This document shows positions 9,543 through 16,980 of a stretch of 57,037 nt of DNA, one piece after another. Numbering within the stretch: the stretch's first letter is position 1; each line of letters starts with the position of its first letter. Both the position numbers and the translations under genes were made by a program. The stretch is from positions 1-57,037 of IMG/VR virus record IMGVR_UViG_3300021062_000017, one strand, 5' to 3'. This stretch comes from a virus. Lineage: Duplodnaviria > Caudoviricetes. A model generated the notes under the pieces. It was not told the DNA's origin. It saw only the letters and a list, made by a program, of their open reading frames with translations, and ran no database searches.

Positions 9543-9665
9543 GGTGGAACCGGCCGGACTCGACACCGGCTGTGCGGCCCGAATGGGCCTTGCCGCGCTC
9601 TGCTGCCTGCGCATACACGGCTTGCTCTCGGCTGGCGCCGGCACGTCCTTCCGTGCTGCGGTTCC
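9543..9665 (-). ncRNA. Non-canonical tRNA-like RNA with expanded central domain
   Basis: Acceptor GGAACCG/CGGTTCC+ACC. D-like arm GCAC-GGAAGGAC-GTGC. T-like arm GCCGG-TGTCGAGT-CCGGC. About 70 nt structured insert replaces the anticodon arm. Confidence 0.65.
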
Positions 9666-9674
9666 GTTGATCGT

Positions 9675-9749
9675 TGGCACACCGTGCGGGATTCGAACCC
9701 GCGTTACCCGGGCGAAAACCGGGGTTCCTGACCACTGGAAGAACGGTGC
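9675..9749 (-). tRNA. tRNA-Glu(UUC)
   Basis: Full cloverleaf: GCACCGT/ACGGTGT, D TTCC/GGAA, anticodon arm CCCGG-TTTTCGC-CCGGG, T GCGGG-TTCGAAT-CCCGC, 3' GCCA. Confidence 0.92.
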
Positions 9750-9775
9750 ATTTGCGCGTTACTGGCGCGCCCCAG

Positions 9776-9909
9776 CTGATCGACAAGGAATTGCGAAGAC
9801 AGACCTGTCGCTCTACCGACTGAGCTACCCCTGCCATCGAATTGGGCAGGGGGGTGGACTCGAACCACCGACCAGCAGTCCGAATGTAGTCCTCGCGGCA
9901 TTCGACCCG
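9776..9909 (-). ncRNA. YrlA-like Y RNA (circularly permuted tRNA mimic)
   Basis: GTCGAATG fits the GNCGAAN0-1G Ro-binding motif. Stem GCGAGGAC/GTCTTCGC. Order is T arm GGTGG-TTCGAGT-CCACC, closed acceptor hairpin CCCCTGCC/GGCAGGGG, then D arm TA-GCTC-AGTCGGTA-GAGC. Confidence 0.82.
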
Positions 9910-9964
9910 TATACCGCTCCCGAAAGCGGCATTTCGGCAGGACGCAACTGCCTCATCAGCGGGT
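9905..9964 (-). ncRNA. Hammerhead ribozyme, type I
   Basis: ACCCG CUGAUGA GGCAG-uugcguc-CUGCC GAAA UGCCGCU-uucggg-AGCGGUA UA^CGGGU. Core is intact and all three stems pair. Cleavage is predicted between 9910 and 9909. Confidence 0.9.
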
Positions 9965-9976
9965 GTGGAGTAGAAG

Positions 9977-10004
9977 ACCCGGCCGAGCCGAAGCCCGGCC
10001 GGGT
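9977..10004 (-). other. Stable UUCG hairpin upstream of the ribozyme (possible terminator/insulator)
   Basis: ACCCGGCCGGGC-TTCG-GCTCGGCCGGGT followed by CTTCT. Confidence 0.55.
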
Positions 10005-10150
10005 TGAAAGCCTCGCGCGCGCCAAGGGAGGAATGGCGCGCCGGGTGGGTTTCCGTCACCCGCGGGGCGAGGCTGGAGACAAGGGGCGGGCGCCCTGCCC
10101 GCGGATGCACACTGGTGATTCCCCAACCACCAGCCCGCGAGAGGGCGCCC

Positions 10151-10486
10151 ATGACCATGGAAAACATCGAGAGCAGGGACGGCGAGGTGACGTTGGCCAT
10201 CTCAGGCACCTACGCGCCGCAGGAACTGCGCGAGCTGTTCCGCCGCTTGAGCCAGGCGCATGCACAGGCGTCGGGCGAGGCGATGAACGGCGAGCCGCTG
10301 TACTCGGTGGGCGGCAGTCCGCTGCTGCAGGTCGGCCACGGCGACTCGATCGTCGGCATCGGCGTGCACCTGCCGTTCTTCGGCTGGGCTCAGGCCGCCA
10401 TCGACATCCCTCGCGCGCAGAAGCTGGTCGCCGACCTGCAGGCCGCGATCATGGCCGCGGCCAGCTCCCGAGGCACGAGGCACTGA
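10151..10486 (+). CDS. Hypothetical protein, antisense to the cro operon
   Basis: MTMENIESRDGEVTLAISG...VHLPFFGW. Globular composition and good codon bias. Confidence 0.6.
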   Translation: MTMENIESRDGEVTLAISGTYAPQELRELFRRLSQAHAQASGEAMNGEPLYSVGGSPLLQVGHGDSIVGIGVHLPFFGWAQAAIDIPRAQKLVADLQAAIMAAASSRGTRH

Positions 10487-10604
10487 GCCGGCACCCTCGG
10501 CGCCGATCACGGTCCAGCTCATGGCCGGCGCCGTGGAGCGCTCGACGTAGTGCGCTGGCTCCGCGCCGGGCTCGATGGGCACCTCGGTCCAGTGCACGAT
10601 GCGG

Positions 10605-10847
10605 TCACCCATGGCCGGGCTCCTGTGCCGCAGCGGAATTAGCCCACCGGACTACCGGCTGCTCAGCCCCGATCCCGATCGACACGCTGCGCAGCAGTTG
10701 CCTCCGCCGATCACCGATCGAGGTGATGTCCCGGTCGTACAGACAGAGGGCGGACACCTCGGTGCCCAGTTCGGTCTCCAGCGCCTGCAGCCGCGCCTGG
10801 ATGTCGGCCTCGGCGCGTGCGATGGCGGCACCCACGTCATGCGACAT
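10605..10847 (-). CDS. Hypothetical protein
   Basis: 80 aa with strong RBS GAGGAGGTGA, directly downstream of cro. Confidence 0.6.
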   Translation of the reverse strand: MSHDVGAAIARAEADIQARLQALETELGTEVSALCLYDRDITSIGDRRRQLLRSVSIGIGAEQPVVRWANSAAAQEPGHG

Positions 10848-10904
10848 GGCTCACCTCCTCGCGCGCCGATTCGGCGGCCACGCCGGGCCCGATGCGGCCG
10901 GCCA

Positions 10905-11129
10905 TCACGCGGCCCTCGCGGGGGCGGGTTCGGCGACGACTCCGGTCGGCGCAGGGGGCGGCGCCAGAAAGAGGTCTGGGCGCTCCAGCTTCACCTTGGC
11001 CGGGATGCCTCGAGTGGTCCAGTTGTGGACCCGCTGCGTGCCGCCGTCCTTCTCGTACCCGAGCAAATCAGCAACTTTCGCGGGGCCGCCCAAGCGCTCG
11101 ATCAGCGCCCTGTCGTCGTTGATGTCCAT
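10905..11129 (-). CDS. cro: Cro-like repressor
   Basis: LIERLGGPAKVADLLG...RVHNWTTRGIP. Divergent from cI. Confidence 0.85.
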   Translation of the reverse strand: MDINDDRALIERLGGPAKVADLLGYEKDGGTQRVHNWTTRGIPAKVKLERPDLFLAPPPAPTGVVAEPAPARAA

Positions 11130-11137
11130 GGCTTCGC

Positions 11138-11201
11138 ATACTAAACGACGCGTTTAGGAATTGCAAACATGGCGTTTGGGCCCTACTCCACATTTCGTTT
11201 A
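11138..11201. promoter_or_regulatory. O_R operators and P_R promoter
   Basis: CTAAAC-N5-GTTTAG (11141-57), CAAAC-N5-GTTTG (11164-78) and a degenerate third site (11188-201). Minus-strand TTGCAA-N17-TAGTAT lies just before the cro ATG. Confidence 0.8.
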
Positions 11202-11666
11202 ATGGAGGATCCGGTGTGGCATAGGCTTGACCAGGAGCTCGCGTCGCGTCGCGAGCGCCACCTCGTGCCCGGTTCTTGGGCTGAACTGGCTCGTGCGCTC
11301 GACACCAGCGAGCAACGGATCAACAACTGGAAGCGCCGCGGCGTGCCGCCCAAACAGCACGCGGCCGTCGCCGCAGCACTGGGGTGGTCAGTGGATCGCC
11401 TGATCGGCCTCGACGAACCCCAGCGGGCGCTCGCCACACCAAATGGCAATATTCCACTCACGGAAGTGGAAAAAGTCGCAGCGGCTTATGCGAACCTCAG
11501 TCCTGCTGAGCGGCGTCGCTTTCTCCATCTCCTTGCGGCAGCAAGAGACGACGCGCCAATGCTCGGCATCGACTGGGAGACGCTTTGGACTACACGGAGC
11601 AAGGAGCAGTTGATCGACGAGACGGCGCCGAGACGGGTGGGCAACAAGAAGCGGAGACTCGGGTGA
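11202..11666 (+). CDS. cI: CI-like immunity repressor (HTH, no S24 peptidase seen)
   Basis: HTH SWAELARALDTSEQRINNWKRRGVP. Divergent from cro between the operators. Confidence 0.8.
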   Translation: MEDPVWHRLDQELASRRERHLVPGSWAELARALDTSEQRINNWKRRGVPPKQHAAVAAALGWSVDRLIGLDEPQRALATPNGNIPLTEVEKVAAAYANLSPAERRRFLHLLAAARDDAPMLGIDWETLWTTRSKEQLIDETAPRRVGNKKRRLG

Positions 11667-11908
11667 GGCCGCCGTTCCGCCTGGTCGCCCTTGATGGCGT
11701 ATCGCGCGACACGGTGTCGTGCTTGCGCGAGTTGCTGGCCCGGGCCGAGCGCGGCGAGGTGATCGGCGTGGCCTACGCGGCGATGCACCGGCGACGGAAG
11801 TACACCGTGCACGCGTGCGGCGAGGCCGATCGCAACCCGACGTTTGCGCGCGGCATGGTGGATGCGCTGAGCGACGAGCTCGCGAAGCGCGTGTGGGGCG
11901 ACAGCTGA
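11663..11908 (+). CDS. Hypothetical protein co-transcribed with cI
   Basis: GTG overlaps the cI stop. LRELLARAERGEVIGVAYAAM. Confidence 0.65.
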   Translation: MRPPFRLVALDGVSRDTVSCLRELLARAERGEVIGVAYAAMHRRRKYTVHACGEADRNPTFARGMVDALSDELAKRVWGDS

Positions 11909-11923
11909 GGAAGGAGGCGGTTG

Positions 11924-12346
11924 ATGCGAACTCTCTTGGGGGCACTGTGGCTGCTCGCCGCGACAGCGGCCATTGCGCAGGCCCCAGTCGACCATCTGGG
12001 GCGATACCGTTCCCACACGGCGACAGCCATTTACCTCTGCCGTTTGGCGCTCGATACGGCCCTGCTGGAGGCTGAGGCCCAAGTGGCGGCAAGCGAGCGC
12101 CGCGACTGGAGGGGGTGTTTGCTGGAGCAGCGCACCGAGGGCAAGCGGCTGCTCGACGCGTCTCTGAAGGTGACGAAGAAGCCAGCGGTGCAGGCGGCAC
12201 TGAAGTCCTACCACGTGTCGTTCATCGCGGCCCTTGACGGCATCGAGCCAGCACCCGACGAGCGGCGCATCAGTTACCGCGCACGGCAGGCCGGCCTCAC
12301 GGACAAGGTCAATGAAGCATGGGCGCGCGTCGAAGTAGAACAGTGA
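11924..12346 (+). CDS. Exported protein in the immunity operon (superinfection-exclusion candidate)
   Basis: Sec signal peptide MRTLLGALWLLAATAAIAQA and strong RBS. Confidence 0.65.
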   Translation: MRTLLGALWLLAATAAIAQAPVDHLGRYRSHTATAIYLCRLALDTALLEAEAQVAASERRDWRGCLLEQRTEGKRLLDASLKVTKKPAVQAALKSYHVSFIAALDGIEPAPDERRISYRARQAGLTDKVNEAWARVEVEQ

Positions 12347-12377
12347 CCCGCTGACGCCGACGCCGGCGCCTGAGATC

Positions 12378-12402
12378 AGCCCGCAGCTCGCGGGCTTTTC
12401 TT
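12378..12402 (+). terminator. Rho-independent terminator of the immunity operon
   Basis: AGCCCGC-agctc-GCGGGCT followed by TTTCTT. Confidence 0.75.
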
Positions 12403-12411
12403 CGTCCGCCA

Positions 12412-12453
12412 CTAAACATTCCGTTTGACAACACCAAACATGATGTTTAGGAT
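12412..12453 (+). promoter_or_regulatory. O_L operators and P_L promoter
   Basis: CTAAAC-N5-GTTTG and CAAAC-N5-GTTTAG, the same consensus as O_R, overlapping TTGACA-N17-TAGGAT. Confidence 0.85.
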
Positions 12454-12482
12454 TCCCTCCAACACGACGCACGGAGGGACAC

Positions 12483-12698
12483 ATGCACCCAGCCACCGCC
12501 ACCCCAGCAGCCGCGCCGCCCGACCACCCCTCCGGCTCGCTCGCCGCTCAGGGCTTCCGCTTCCTGCGCCGCAATGGCGTCTTCGCCTGGGCCATCCCCG
12601 AGGTGGTCGGCACCGACGCGCCCGACTTCCTCGACTGCACCGACATGGCTGAAGACGAGTTCGAGGCCGTGGTGCGCGCAACCCCGGGAGCCGCGTGA
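12483..12698 (+). CDS. Hypothetical protein, first gene of the P_L operon
   Basis: RBS GGAGG, 71 aa. Confidence 0.65.
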   Translation: MHPATATPAAAPPDHPSGSLAAQGFRFLRRNGVFAWAIPEVVGTDAPDFLDCTDMAEDEFEAVVRATPGAA

Positions 12699-13129
12699 TG
12701 AGCCTCGCCCTCGCCCCGCGTTTCGACCGCGACCTCGGCCCCTACCTCGCCCACCCCCTCGACCCCCGCACCGACGACTTCGACGAGGTCTACACCCGCG
12801 ACCGCGCCCTCGACCAGGCCACCGACGAATGCGACGCCACGCCGGCGCAGTTCGCCGACTGGCTGGCCAAGGTCACCGACGTGCCGCCGAAGCGCGCCGG
12901 CTACGAGCCGCAGAACATCCGGCACCTCGAACGCCGGTTCGCCACCGGTGACGACCTGCAGCCCTGGGAGCTGGCCGCGCTGATGATCGCCGGCCGCGCG
13001 CAGCACGTTATGCGCGCGCGTCAGCTGCTGCTGGAGCTGTACCGCGAGGCGCACGGTGAGCAGATCCTGCAGCGCGCCCGGCAGCTGGTCGAGCAGTCCG
13101 GCGGCGATCCGGAAGCGGTGGTGCTGTGA
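12695..13129 (+). CDS. Hypothetical protein
   Basis: Coupled ORF with strong GC3 bias. Confidence 0.65.
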   Translation: MMSLALAPRFDRDLGPYLAHPLDPRTDDFDEVYTRDRALDQATDECDATPAQFADWLAKVTDVPPKRAGYEPQNIRHLERRFATGDDLQPWELAALMIAGRAQHVMRARQLLLELYREAHGEQILQRARQLVEQSGGDPEAVVL

Positions 13130-13350
13130 TGGCTGGCCAGCGCACACCCACACCCGGCCGCGTCGTCGGCGCACCCAGCTGCGCGCGCTTCGCTGTCGTC
13201 GTCGACCCCGGGACGCTGATGGAGCGGGTCGACGTCTACGCCAGCACCGCGAAGAGTGCCTACGAATGGGCTGCCGATCTCCGCGACGACGGCCTGCAGG
13301 TCGACGTCATGCGCATCACGCCCAGCGGCGAACTGACCACGGAGTTCTGA
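13129..13350 (+). CDS. Hypothetical protein
   Basis: TGATG coupling. Confidence 0.55.
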   Translation: MAGQRTPTPGRVVGAPSCARFAVVVDPGTLMERVDVYASTAKSAYEWAADLRDDGLQVDVMRITPSGELTTEF

Positions 13351-13352
13351 CG

Positions 13353-13682
13353 ATGTTCGGCACCACCGAAAGCGCCGTCGCCCTGGCCGCGACGATCCAC
13401 CAGGCGACAGCGCCGCGGTTCCTGCTGTACCCGGCCATCGTCAGCATCCGCCGCCGGCTCGAGCGATGCGAGTTGGACCATCTTCGCGAGCACGTCGCCG
13501 AGCAGGCCGAGCGCATCGGGCAGCTGGAGCGCGAACTGCGCTGGGCCGAGCAGAGCGCGGAGATGTGGCAGCACACAGCCGAGGCGGCGCAGGAGTATCT
13601 CGACGACGGCGTGCGCATCGGTATCACGGTCGACGGCGCGGTCGGCATCGTGGTCGACGACGCGGTTTGGAGCCCGTCGTGA
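13353..13682 (+). CDS. Hypothetical coiled-coil protein
   Basis: ATG 2 nt after the upstream stop. Confidence 0.6.
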   Translation: MFGTTESAVALAATIHQATAPRFLLYPAIVSIRRRLERCELDHLREHVAEQAERIGQLERELRWAEQSAEMWQHTAEAAQEYLDDGVRIGITVDGAVGIVVDDAVWSPS

Positions 13683-13945
13683 GCACGTGGCCCGCTCCGC
13701 AGCCCATCGAGTCGGCCGCCGGCCGCTCCGATTTCGCGCCATTGGTCGAGCACAGCCGCTTCCCGGTCTCGGTGCTCGACGACAGCTGCGCCACCGAGGG
13801 CGCCGCGCACGAGCCGATCAGCTACGAGGACGGCATCGCCGAGATGGAGGCCGACCCGCTGGTGCTGGTCGCGACCATCGTCGGCGCGGTGCTGGGCTAC
13901 CTGCTGTCGACGCTCTTTCCCAACGGATTCCAGGCGCTGCCCTGA
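13679..13945 (+). CDS. Hypothetical membrane protein
   Basis: GTGA overlap and a C-terminal TM segment. Confidence 0.55.
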   Translation: MSTWPAPQPIESAAGRSDFAPLVEHSRFPVSVLDDSCATEGAAHEPISYEDGIAEMEADPLVLVATIVGAVLGYLLSTLFPNGFQALP

Positions 13946-13965
13946 CGTTCAACCAAGGAACCCAC

Positions 13966-14508
13966 ATGCTGAGCTTCAACGAAGAAGACCTGAAGGCCGC
14001 CGTCGTCCAGAAGGCTGCGGACGAATTCATCCAAGGCGCCGACGACCTCGACGGCTTGGTGGCCAAGGAAGTGAAGCGTCGCCTCGACGCGATCTTCGTC
14101 GAGCGCGCCGAGAAGCAGATCGCCGACGCCATCGACGAGGCGGTGCGTGACGGCTTCAACCGCGAGTACCAGCGCGTCACGGCGTGGGGCGAGCCCAGCG
14201 GACCGAAGACGTCTATCCGCGCCGAGCTCGAAAAGACCGTCGGCGCCTACTGGAGCCAGAGCGTCGACAAGCGGACCGGCGCGGCCTCCACATCCGACTA
14301 CAACTCGGTGACCCGTGCCGAGTACCTGATGACGCAGATCTGCGCCAAGGACTTCACCGAGGGCATGAAGCAGTCCGTCGCCAACGTGCCTGGCGCCCTC
14401 AAGGATGGCCTGCGAGTGCAGCTCGCCGCGCAGATGGAGTCGATGCTGTCGAACCTCTTCCACGTCAAGAGCCTGGCGGACCAGGGCAAGGTCGAGAAGC
14501 CGTGGTGA
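13966..14508 (+). CDS. Hypothetical phage protein
   Basis: RBS AAGGA, 180 aa, strong codon bias. Confidence 0.7.
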   Translation: MLSFNEEDLKAAVVQKAADEFIQGADDLDGLVAKEVKRRLDAIFVERAEKQIADAIDEAVRDGFNREYQRVTAWGEPSGPKTSIRAELEKTVGAYWSQSVDKRTGAASTSDYNSVTRAEYLMTQICAKDFTEGMKQSVANVPGALKDGLRVQLAAQMESMLSNLFHVKSLADQGKVEKPW

Positions 14509-14702
14509 ACCGCCGCAATCCCAGCCCCGCCGCGCGCCGCATCGTCATCGGCGCCCTGCACGGCATGCCGCGGATCCACGCCTCAATGGCGGACGCGTTC
14601 CCGGACGAGCGCTTTCGCGCCGTCGAGCACCACCACGCGCCGGGCCTGCTGGCCATCCTCACCCGCGCACTTCGCGCGGTACTCACGAAGGGATCGAAGT
14701 GA
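14505..14702 (+). CDS. Hypothetical protein
   Basis: GTGA overlaps on both sides. Confidence 0.5.
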   Translation: MNRRNPSPAARRIVIGALHGMPRIHASMADAFPDERFRAVEHHHAPGLLAILTRALRAVLTKGSK

Positions 14703-15985
14703 CCACCGAAACGAAAGAGCGGCCCACCGAGGTCGCGTCCGAAGTCGTCGACCGCGCTGAAGTCCGCGACGGGAAGGCGATCGTCCGTTACGACCGCACG
14801 GCGGCGGCGCTGGCCGAGCTGAAGGCCCGCTACGCCGGCGCGAAGTTCGACTGCACCACCACGGCAGGCGATAAGGCCGCTCGCGCCGCGCGGCAGGAGC
14901 TGGTGCAATTGCGCACATCCCTGGACCGCAAGCGCCAGGAATTCAAGGCCCCTGCCCTGGCGTTCGGCAAGGCGATCGACTCCGAGGCCAAGCGGCTGAC
15001 GGCCGAGATCGAGGCGCTGGAACTGCCGATCGACGCGCAGATCAAGGCCGACGAGGCACGCCGCGAGCGCGAGCGCCAGGCGAAGGCCGAGGCCGAGGCG
15101 GTCCGCCTTGCCGCCATCCAGGACCGCCTGGAGGGCATCCGCGAGGGCCTGCAGGACGCCATGATGGCGAAGACCGCCGCCGACGTGCAGCGTGAGATCG
15201 ACCACCGCATCCAGAACTTCGGCCAGCCGAAGCGCGAACAGTTCGAGGAGTTCTACGACCAGGCTGTCGCCTTGTGGGAGCAGACCCTGGCCGGTATGCG
15301 CCGCGTGCTCGTGCAGCGCCAGGAGCAGGAGGTCGAAGCGGCCCGCGTCGCGGCCGAGCGCGCGGAACTGGAGCGCCTGCGCGCCGAGGCCGCCGCCCGC
15401 GAGCAGGCCGAGCGCGAGCGCATCGCCGCCGAGCAGCGCGCCGAAGCCGAGAAGCTGGCCAAGGCCCGGGCTGAGATCGAGGCCCGGGAGCGCGCCGTCC
15501 GCGAGGAGCAGGCCCGACTCGATGCCCTCGCCGCCGCCGAGCGCAAGCGTCTCGACGAAGAGGCGGCCGCCCGCCGGGCCGAGGCCGACCGCCAGGCCCG
15601 CGAAGCGCGCGAGGCCGAGGAGCGCCGGCTGGCCGCGGAGCGCGCCGAGCTGCAGCGCCAGCAGGCCGAGGAAGCAGCCCGGATCGCCGCCCAGCGCGCC
15701 GAAGCGGAGCGGGCCGAGGCTGAGGCCGCCGCGGCCCGACGGCGCGAGCAGGAGGCCGCGGAGGCGGCCGAGCGTCAGGTGCGCGACGCGGCGCCGCTGC
15801 TGCTGAAGTCGATGCAGGCCATCGTCGCCACGTTCGACGCGCTGCCCGAGGCGACGCGCGACGCGCTGGACAGGCTGCTGGCGCTGGCCATCGTCAATGG
15901 CCGCATGGCCATCGCTGTCGCGACCGAGAAGGACGGCGCGCCGCTCGAAGGCGGCCCGTTCGCCGACGAAGACATCCCCTACTGA
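14699..15985 (+). CDS. Long coiled-coil protein of the recombination module
   Basis: A/E/R-rich heptads upstream of recT. Confidence 0.7.
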   Translation: MTTETKERPTEVASEVVDRAEVRDGKAIVRYDRTAAALAELKARYAGAKFDCTTTAGDKAARAARQELVQLRTSLDRKRQEFKAPALAFGKAIDSEAKRLTAEIEALELPIDAQIKADEARRERERQAKAEAEAVRLAAIQDRLEGIREGLQDAMMAKTAADVQREIDHRIQNFGQPKREQFEEFYDQAVALWEQTLAGMRRVLVQRQEQEVEAARVAAERAELERLRAEAAAREQAERERIAAEQRAEAEKLAKARAEIEARERAVREEQARLDALAAAERKRLDEEAAARRAEADRQAREAREAEERRLAAERAELQRQQAEEAARIAAQRAEAERAEAEAAAARRREQEAAEAAERQVRDAAPLLLKSMQAIVATFDALPEATRDALDRLLALAIVNGRMAIAVATEKDGAPLEGGPFADEDIPY

Positions 15986-16032
15986 TTCCCCACCCACGCC
16001 GACAGAGTCCCGGCACGCAGGAGAACGACCCC

Positions 16033-16980
16033 ATGACCACCGAAACTGTTGACCGCGCCACGGGCGAGATCACGACCGCCACGGCGCACGCCGAGGCGCA
16101 GGCGCTGCCCAACGGCCAGGCTGAGCTGCAGCGCCTGCTGGAACGCCAGCCCTTCAGCGTGCGCGACATGCTGACCCACGACACGCTCGACAAGGTGATG
16201 CGGCTTGCCGAGGTGATGGCCTCCAGCCGCATCACCGTCCCGAAGCACCTGCAGGGCAACGTCGGCGACTGCGCAGCCATCATCGGCCAGGCGATGCGCT
16301 GGGGCATGGACCACAACGCGGTGGCGCAGAAGACGCACCTGGTGAACGGCGCGCTCGGCTACGAGGCGCAACTCATCATCGCGGCACTGAACAACTCGCC
16401 GCTGCTGGCGACCCGGCTGAACTTCGAGTGGTTCGGCGACTGGACCAGCGTCAACGGGAAGGAAGACCGCAGCGCCGATCGCGGCGTGCGCGTGTTCGCC
16501 ACCCTTCGCGGCGAGCGCGAACCGCGCGTGCTGGAGGTCAGCATGGCCCAGGTCGGGCCGGTGCGCAATTCGCCGAACTGGGTAGCCGACCCGCGCCAGC
16601 AGATTGCCTACCTGGCCGCGAAGCGCTGGGGCCGCCTGCACGCGCCAGACGTGATCCTCGGCGTCTACACGCCCGACGAGATCGAGGAGATGGTGCCGGC
16701 CAACGCAGCTGGCCCGCACGCGCTGCCGCGCAATGCGCCGCCTGCCACCGTGGCCAAGGCCGCCGCGGAACAGACCCGCCCGGAGCGCACGCCCGCGCAC
16801 GTCAAGATCATCGAGACGCTGGAGCACACCGCCTTCAAGGAAGGCACCGAGGGCTTCCGCGTGGCCTGGGAGGCGCTGTCGAAGGGCGACCGGGCCGCCA
16901 TCGGCATCGAAGAGCGCGACCGCATCAAGGCCATCGGCGCCGAGACGGACGAGCGAGTCGCCAAGGGTGTCGCGCCGTGA
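16033..16980 (+). CDS. recT: RecT-family single-strand annealing protein
   Basis: VPKHLQGNVGDC...QAMRWGMD...VAQKTHLVNGALGYEAQL...PDVILGVYTPDE. Confidence 0.85.
   Translation: MTTETVDRATGEITTATAHAEAQALPNGQAELQRLLERQPFSVRDMLTHDTLDKVMRLAEVMASSRITVPKHLQGNVGDCAAIIGQAMRWGMDHNAVAQKTHLVNGALGYEAQLIIAALNNSPLLATRLNFEWFGDWTSVNGKEDRSADRGVRVFATLRGEREPRVLEVSMAQVGPVRNSPNWVADPRQQIAYLAAKRWGRLHAPDVILGVYTPDEIEEMVPANAAGPHALPRNAPPATVAKAAAEQTRPERTPAHVKIIETLEHTAFKEGTEGFRVAWEALSKGDRAAIGIEERDRIKAIGAETDERVAKGVAP

Noticed and set aside
9776-9909. Two-piece (permuted) tmRNA
   Set aside because: It has a true D stem, lacks G3:U70 and has no tag reading frame. YrlA fits better.
8845-10209. 454-aa minus-strand ORF and 647-aa plus-strand ORF (9214-11157) across the RNA cassette
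   Set aside because: Composition is not protein-like, they overlap a clear tRNA and ribozyme, and stop codons are scarce at high GC. Only 8845-9225 is retained.
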